Below, piece after piece: positions 26,931 to 32,000 of a stretch of DNA of 32,000 nt. This DNA comes from Flavobacteriaceae bacterium. GTDB lineage: Bacteria; Bacteroidota; Bacteroidia; Flavobacteriales; Flavobacteriaceae. Position 1 is the first letter of the stretch; every line of letters begins with the position of its first letter. Below the pieces are notes generated by a model, which ran no database searches, was not told where the DNA came from, and worked only from the letters and a program-made list of their open reading frames with translations. Made by a program: the position numbers and the translations under genes. The stretch is taken from the NCBI GenBank assembly GCA_965224465.1, contig OZ245049.1, forward strand, positions 210,001-242,000, written 5' to 3'.

Positions 26931-27575
26931 TTATATATGTGATATGAAATGCGATTTTTTTAATCTGTAAAAAGTATAAATGGAACTAGCATATAAGACG
27001 GAAGAGAGCATGTTGTTTATGGTCCAGATAGGAATCGTTATTTTGGTTAATTGACTCACCAGTAAAAATAAAAATATAGAGACCGCATAGTAGAGAAACA
27101 ATGCGGCATATATTATAAGCAATGGATTCCCTGTTTCTAATTCTCTTATTTTTTTAATCATAAGGTATGCAGCTAAACAAACAATGGTTAAATGCGAAAA
27201 AAGTTTTCCATATCCTGTCGATGCATCACCATTCAGAAACCATAAAAAAAAACCTTCTATAAAAATACAACTCGTAATGATTAATGTTTTTTTAAACCAT
27301 TTTTTAGTGATTTTTAATGCTGAAAGGAATAGCATTACTAGAATAAAAAATTCCCCAGACACATAAAAAGGGTAGATAGATTGTGTATTGTTACTGTCAA
27401 ATATAAAAATTAAAGTCTTGGTAATGAGCTCAATCACTAATATGAAACCTAAATAAATAAGGAACCACCGTGTTTGCTGATTGTTCCGTAATTGTTTTGC
27501 ATAGATTCCATAAATAAAAGCGATAAATAATAGCCCATTGGCCAAGATTACAGAGAAAAAAATAGCGGAGGTCAT
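26931..27575 (-). CDS. Integral membrane protein, about 7 predicted TM helices, function unknown
   Basis: Seven hydrophobic stretches by eye. The stop lies 5 nt before the HK start, and the start lies 1 nt after the upstream gene stop. Confidence 0.7.
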   Translation of the reverse strand: MTSAIFFSVILANGLLFIAFIYGIYAKQLRNNQQTRWFLIYLGFILVIELITKTLIFIFDSNNTQSIYPFYVSGEFFILVMLFLSALKITKKWFKKTLIITSCIFIEGFFLWFLNGDASTGYGKLFSHLTIVCLAAYLMIKKIRELETGNPLLIIYAALFLYYAVSIFLFLLVSQLTKITIPIWTINNMLSSVLYASSIYTFYRLKKSHFISHI

Positions 27576-27576
27576 T

Positions 27577-28344
27577 TTAACCTAATAAATTAAAATCTTC
27601 TATATCTTTACACAATGGAGGACATGGTTGCGACCAGTCTTTTGTATTTGTACTCAGTTCAGTATCTAATCCTGTTGTACGTATAATTTCGGAATGATTT
27701 GTATTGCAATCTGTGGATACAAAAATTAATACAGGGATGGTTCTTTGATAGAGTGATGATTCTTTAAAACCGAAAAATATGTTGACTTCATAGTATTCTT
27801 GATTTTCTTTTACTAAATCAGAAAAAGGGACTATAAAAGTGCTGAAAATTCTTTTCCCGTTATGGTAATTACACTCAAAGTAAAACCAATCTAAGCAATC
27901 ATTTTTCCATTGTTCAATATCGTTTACAGAGGCTCTTTCTAAAATAGTAGGTTCATTATATGTTGGGAATGTAATTTCCTCACTATAGTTAATTACTTTT
28001 AAATCTTTAGAGAGTGTTGTTCTTTTTGTGGTGGTTTTCACCTCTGTTTCAACAAGTGTTAAGTCAGTACTTAAAACGCTTAATGTTGAAGTAAGGTAAG
28101 AAGAAAGCTCCACTTCTTTTCCGTTTTTATGTAAAGGAACAACAATTAAGATAAGTTGATTGTTGTGATCTCCAATATAGGTGTGGAATTTACTATTATC
28201 ATTGTTTTCATTAAGCCACATACAATCTTTTTGACTGAGATTAAAAGTAGCAGTTGGAAGAATCATTTTTTTTATTTTAGTATAATTAGATTTTGTTTTC
28301 CCCCAATTAATTATTGCATGAATACATTTTTCTTTTGATAACAT
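27577..28344 (-). CDS. Hypothetical cytoplasmic protein (255 aa), first gene of the TCS operon
   Basis: ATG at 28344. No signal peptide or TM helix and no motif I recognise. Contains a C-terminal WSQPCPPLC. Coding status is supported by length and tight coupling to the next gene. Confidence 0.6.
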   Translation of the reverse strand: MLSKEKCIHAIINWGKTKSNYTKIKKMILPTATFNLSQKDCMWLNENNDNSKFHTYIGDHNNQLILIVVPLHKNGKEVELSSYLTSTLSVLSTDLTLVETEVKTTTKRTTLSKDLKVINYSEEITFPTYNEPTILERASVNDIEQWKNDCLDWFYFECNYHNGKRIFSTFIVPFSDLVKENQEYYEVNIFFGFKESSLYQRTIPVLIFVSTDCNTNHSEIIRTTGLDTELSTNTKDWSQPCPPLCKDIEDFNLLG

Positions 28345-29197
28345 AGTTTTATAGTTTAGTTATATTGATTCTTACGGAACAAATAATTAGTTGTAATTTC
28401 TTTATTAGTAAGTGTTTTAGTATTTGTTTTAATGATTTACACTGTTTTGATTGGCACAGTACAGTTTAAAAAGAACGTAACTTTGAGTGAGTAATGTGTC
28501 AAAGGTTTTTATGTTTTTTCTTGATCGTAAAATTCAAATTACGAATACTTTTTATGATATATAACAGCTTAAAATTCATAGGTATTAATGATGTAAAATT
28601 TGTGTAATTTAATATAGTTAATGCTCGAATCGAATGCTGTTTTTTTTGTAATTGTACTCCTATAGGTCTAAGTTATATTATTTTTCGGATTCCTAGAGTA
28701 CTGTAATAAAATTGCAGGGTTATTACCTAAACTTCCTACCTGTAAAAGGGGAGTGTATACATAAAATAACAGGTAAATTATCTCAAGTACTTAACATTTG
28801 TTACATCTAAAAAACCAAATTTCTTGTTGCTTGATCTTATACGAAACCTCTATGGTTTTTTTATACACTCTTAAAACAGAACGTATGTATTTATTTTTTT
28901 AATAATAGCATGTATAATAAAAAGGAGTCCGCTTAGAAAAAAAACCAACGTATTTTTACTTTTGTAAAATTGTATTTGTTTAAACAAAAATCATTTTATG
29001 AGTTCGCAGGTAGGAGCGTAGTCGGAGTGAATAATACAGAGAAATGACTTCTCAGATTTAAGATTTTACAGATGCATACATTCAAAAATCATATATTTTA
29101 TATGAATCATTTATTTTTAACATAAAGGATGCATTTATAGCTAGAAATCAGAGGTTTTACAAATGTAAAAGTTATATTCGCTGACTGAATCAAAATT

Positions 29198-30550
29198 ATG
29201 AAAACACTTTTACTTTATTTATATATATTTATTCCAGTTATTTGTATTTCTCAAACGATTATTGTTGGGAAATCTAGCGATGTTACAGACGCAGGAGAAG
29301 GAGATTTATATAAAGACACAGACAATATTATTTATATAGGGCTAACAGATGGACGTCTAGAACAAATTACTCAAAACGGAAATGTTTGGAAGAATATAAA
29401 TGGAAATAACGCAACACATTTGGACACTTCAATTGGTTTTGACAATGGTAATGTAGGTGTCGGGTTAACCAATCCTGACAATTCAGCCATATTAGAATTA
29501 AGCTCTACTTCGCAAGGCTTTTTACTTCCTAGAATGACCAAAAATCAAATGGATTTAATCTTGAATCCTACTGAAGGTCTGATTGTATATTGTAGCGATT
29601 GTGCATGTAAAGGATTCCAATATTTTGATGGTACAGATTGGAAAGATTTTAAATGTGAATCTACAGCTTCATTTAGCTTTGGTTGTAGTACCCCAGCAAT
29701 ACTGGAACGGTCGTTTAGTTTAAACACAGGAGAGACTTTGTATGCGCAAGTTCAAATTATAGGGATTGTAAATGGAAACGTAACTTTAAATGCATTTTCT
29801 GGCAATGGTTTTACTATTAATCCTCAAACGCTATCTATTGTAGCTAATTTAACACAAACAATAAACATTCCTATTTCGTACAATGGCAATGGTACCGTTG
29901 GAGATTATTCTATTTCGCTTACTAGTGATAACGGTATAAATAGTTGCCAAGTTAATGTGTCTGTTATTGAATTTGATGGTGTAACAGATAACGGTGCAGC
30001 ACCTAGTTGTAAAGATTTGTTGGCAGAATTTCCAAATCTAGGAAATGGTGTTTACTGGATAGATCCCGATGGTTTAAATACAGGAGAAGACCCAATACAA
30101 TGTAATTGCGATATGATTAATGGTGGTTGGACTCTATTAGATGGTTTTTCTGATAACAATAATTCTTCCGAATACACCAATGCAATGGGAAATGTTAATA
30201 TCAGTAACAAAACGGAACTGTCTGATTCGGGGTACACCTTTAATGCGAATATTCTGATAAATCCATCAACAAATAATTTAAATGAATACTTAAGCTTTAA
30301 ACTACTATGGGCAAATAGTTATATTAAAAAGAAATTACCAATAAGATTTAATGAAGTTCGAGTTTTATATGGAAGAAACTATTGGGCAGGTAGCGTTAAC
30401 GTATTAGTAAATAATGTAAAGGTAAGTTCTTTACCTAGCAGTAATACACAATATAACGTATACGAGGGTACATATAATTCAAATGAGTACATACGTATTG
30501 AAGAGAGAGATAATTGTGTTGGGGCAGTTAATTCTATTTGGGTTAAATAA
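29198..30550 (+). CDS. Secreted protein with fibrinogen-like (CDMxxGGWT) C-terminal region
   Basis: Signal peptide MKTLLLYLYIFIPVICISQ. The N-terminal AILELSSTSQGFLLPRMT...GLIVYCSD block is common in Bacteroidota surface proteins. CKDLLAEFPNLGNGVYWIDPDG...PIQCNCDMINGGWTLL (30008-30139) resembles the start of a fibrinogen C-terminal domain. Confidence 0.75.
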   Translation: MKTLLLYLYIFIPVICISQTIIVGKSSDVTDAGEGDLYKDTDNIIYIGLTDGRLEQITQNGNVWKNINGNNATHLDTSIGFDNGNVGVGLTNPDNSAILELSSTSQGFLLPRMTKNQMDLILNPTEGLIVYCSDCACKGFQYFDGTDWKDFKCESTASFSFGCSTPAILERSFSLNTGETLYAQVQIIGIVNGNVTLNAFSGNGFTINPQTLSIVANLTQTINIPISYNGNGTVGDYSISLTSDNGINSCQVNVSVIEFDGVTDNGAAPSCKDLLAEFPNLGNGVYWIDPDGLNTGEDPIQCNCDMINGGWTLLDGFSDNNNSSEYTNAMGNVNISNKTELSDSGYTFNANILINPSTNNLNEYLSFKLLWANSYIKKKLPIRFNEVRVLYGRNYWAGSVNVLVNNVKVSSLPSSNTQYNVYEGTYNSNEYIRIEERDNCVGAVNSIWVK

Positions 30551-30576
30551 ATAGGCGGATTTTTTTAAGGTGGAAG

Positions 30577-30692
30577 CTGTTATACCAAATACATTTCCAA
30601 GTGTAGGTCTAGAAATGGAATTAATTTTTTTGTTTTTTAACAAGGTCAGCACGTAAAACAACCTATTTATATCGGTCATTTTGAATTTTAAT
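30577..30692 (+). repeat. MITE-like intergenic repeat, copy E (left end joined to right part, centre missing)
   Basis: CTGTTATACCAAATACATTTCCAAGTGTAGGTCTAGAAATGGAATTAATTTTTTTG then TTTTTTAACAAGGTCAGCACGTAAAACAACCTATTTATATCGGTCATTTTGAATTTTAATT. Confidence 0.75.
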
Positions 30693-30872
30693 TAAATTAA
30701 TGGTTTACGTGATTGTATCTAGCAGAAGGATCTATCAAAACAATAGCCATTGGACGCGAAAATTATTTAGTTGACAAAGTCATAATGCTGTAAAAAATGA
30801 GGCCATGTTTCACCTCTTTTTTGGAACTTGTAAAAAGCATCAGGTAATCCTAGATTATAAGCTTAACAATTT

Positions 30873-30902
30873 AAACCTCGATTAATAAATCGAGGTTTTT
30901 TT
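30873..30902. terminator. Strong hairpin terminator with no adjacent annotated gene
   Basis: AAACCTCGATT pairs with AATCGAGGTTT (9-11 bp stem, 4-nt loop). T7 lies downstream and A-rich sequence upstream. Confidence 0.6.
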
Positions 30903-31009
30903 ATGTGTTTTTAATCCCACCAGTGGGTTTAATTCCCCGTTGCTTGCGTCGAAATAATTAAGGTTTTTTCTTTTTCATGCCTCGAGGTTATTGACTTCAT
31001 ATGAACTTC

Positions 31010-31126
31010 CTCGGACGTTTAAGAATGGAATTATTTTTTTTAGCTAGGCGGAAATTATAAAGATAGCCATAGCTATCGTTCTGTTTATCAACAACACTAG
31101 CACGGAAAGCAACCTATTTATATCGG
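31010..31126 (+). repeat. MITE-like intergenic repeat, copy F (diverged left end)
   Basis: CGGACGTTTAAGAATGGAATTATTTTTTTTAGCTAGGCGGAAATTATAAAGATAGCCATAGCTATCGTTCTGTTTATCAACAACACTAGCACGGAAAGCAACCTATTTATATCGG. Confidence 0.7.
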
Positions 31127-31526
31127 GGAGAGTAAAAACTAAGTGATTGTAAATTAACTTAATACTTGATTTAAGAGAATGTGAGGTATTTTATAAAAAA
31201 AATAGTACTACAACAATCTAGTACATACTCATGCTGGCGCTCTTTTTGTTTTATATCGCTGTATTTTTTAATTAATTTATTTGGTAAAAAGAAATTAAAC
31301 TACTAATTTGGTGATAGATATGGCGATTTAGAATCTTATTCTTCTTTCCAAAATAAACTGTTATATAATATCTATGCTCCGTATTTTCTTTACGAAAGCT
31401 TTAAAAATTTCAATTTTTTTGTTCGAGAATTTGTTCTAAACGCACCATATAAAATCAAAATACTTTTATAGGAGTAAAAAGGTGGATTGATTTTAAAAAA
31501 GAATTGCTAATTTAAATAAAAAATTA

Positions 31527-31727
31527 ATGGGATCATTTAGAGCTCACCTAGAATTAGGTGGTACCAAATTTGACGTGCTTTTTTCAGAGTACACATTCAG
31601 TCGTTCAACAGACAAAAAAGAAAAAGTATCTTCCAATGTAATCGGTACACTAAAAAACAGTCAAAAAAGGAGTGAGCAGTTGCTTTACTCCTTTTTTTGT
31701 ATTGGGAATTGTTTGCTTTTTGAATAA
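31527..31727 (+). pseudogene. tssD: Remnant of a Bacteroidota-type T6SS tube protein gene (TssD/Hcp); only about the first 41 codons look homologous
   Basis: MGSFRAHLELGGTKFDVLFSEYTFSRSTDKKEKVSSNVIGT matches the conserved N-terminal pattern of Bacteroidota TssD as I recall it (F.A.L..GG..F.VL...Y...R..D..G.PSS.V.GG). The rest of the ORF reads through a terminator hairpin. Confidence 0.55.
31667..31698 (+). terminator. Terminator-like hairpin + T7 inside the 3' part of the TssD-remnant ORF
   Basis: GGAGT (31669-31673) pairs with ACTCC (31687-31691), with additional wobble pairs, followed by TTTTTTT. Confidence 0.5.
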
Positions 31728-31827
31728 AAACGTACACTTTTCTACAGTGTTAAATAACAAAATACAAGAGGGATCCCCATAGTTTTTCTAGCTTTAGTAA
31801 TAAAAATAATTGCAAAAAAAAAGAGAT

Positions 31828-32000
31828 ATGAGTGCACCAAAAACCAGCCTAAGTATAGACGGGAAAACCATTACAAGTTTTACTAAAATACACTTAGTTC
31901 AAAAAATAAATGACCATCATTTTTTTGAAATTATTTTAGACAATGATGTGGTAGAAGAAACCGGAGGACATACCATAGATAAATCGAAGGATTGGCTAGG
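31828..32000 (+). CDS. vgrG: T6SS spike protein VgrG (TssI), 5' end only; continues beyond the window
   Basis: ATG at 31828. My translation is MSAPKTSLSIDGKTITSFTKIHLVQKINDHHFFEIILDNDVVEETGGHTIDKSKDWLG. The I.G..I..F..L.L.Q.....H.F.I pattern is typical of VgrG/gpD N-termini in Bacteroidota. It is not in the ORF track because it is truncated. Confidence 0.65.
   Translation, partial: MSAPKTSLSIDGKTITSFTKIHLVQKINDHHFFEIILDNDVVEETGGHTIDKSKDWL

Noticed and set aside
26925-26933. 7-TM gene and histidine kinase gene as one frameshifted (pseudogenised) sensor kinase
   Set aside because: The kinase ORF has its own ATG and its own N-terminal TM helix. The 7-TM ORF ends cleanly 5 nt upstream in another frame, an arrangement that looks like normal operon packing. 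This cannot be fully excluded without orthologs.
2515-30237. Numerous 60-83-aa ORFs on the opposite strand of or out of frame with large genes (e.g. 2515-2712, 2812-3048, 3686-3868, 4305-4743, 5163-5854, 9160-9507, 10603-10896, 11263-11469, 14884-15072, 18781-20123, 22147-22642, 23750-24932, 27184-27366, 28156-28338, 29545-30237)
   Set aside because: All are embedded in longer ORFs that carry clear family motifs. Their translations are low-complexity or hydrophobic noise, typical of AT-rich antisense frames.
30479-30679. 66-aa minus-strand ORF (MTDINRLFYVLTLLKN...), and the similar reading frame in 6227..6481
   Set aside because: The frame runs through MITE-like repeat copies, so its recurrence comes from repeated DNA rather than a gene. 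Other copies carry stops or indels in the same frame.
31527-31727. Treating the 66-aa ORF as an intact small gene
   Set aside because: Only the first ~41 residues resemble TssD. The remainder is low-complexity read-through across a terminator hairpin, and full-length TssD proteins are about twice as long.
1-32000. Search for tRNA, rRNA, CRISPR, integrase/transposase or phage genes
   Set aside because: By eye I saw no cloverleaf-like GTTCGAATC-type T-arm context, no rRNA-like conserved blocks, no short repeat-spacer array and no recombinase-like ORF. Absence by eye is weak evidence; tRNAscan-SE, Infernal or ISEScan would settle it.

Overview
AT-rich chromosomal segment that looks like a Flavobacteriia (Bacteroidota) genome. 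Supporting marks are a T9SS type-B C-terminal sorting domain, an ECF sigma/DUF4252 module, TAnnTTTG promoter boxes and Bacteroidota-type TssD/VgrG. I support about 24 protein genes and found no rRNA, tRNA or CRISPR array. Left to right: truncated S41 peptidase (-); ECF sigma, putative anti-sigma and two DUF4252-like proteins (+); M1 aminopeptidase (+); a 1563-aa T9SS surface protein (-) with a Cys-containing LRR block and ten near-identical 228-bp tandem units; XRE-type HTH regulator (-); M14 carboxypeptidase, Lrp/AsnC regulator and fused E1 alpha/beta 2-oxoacid dehydrogenase (+); TruC-like pseudouridine synthase and TlpA-like thioredoxin lipoprotein (-); long SDR with a Cys-rich N-terminal extension (+); TIGR03862-like flavoprotein (+); EamA transporter (-); 728-aa B12-domain-like radical SAM protein (+); a tightly packed four-gene minus-strand operon (unknown 255-aa protein, 7-TM protein, HisKA_3 histidine kinase, LuxR-type response regulator); a secreted protein with a fibrinogen-like CDMxxGGWT motif (+); a TssD (Hcp) remnant and the start of a VgrG gene at the right edge. 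The main non-genic signal is a roughly 170-bp MITE-like repeat with imperfect terminal inverted repeats, present at seven or more intergenic sites. I cannot show a clearly novel multi-gene system from sequence alone. The best candidates are the MITE-like/possibly structured repeat family, the unknown+7TM+HK+RR operon, the fibrinogen-like secreted protein, and the orphan T6SS remnant/VgrG module. All homology calls come from motif recognition by eye, not database searches.
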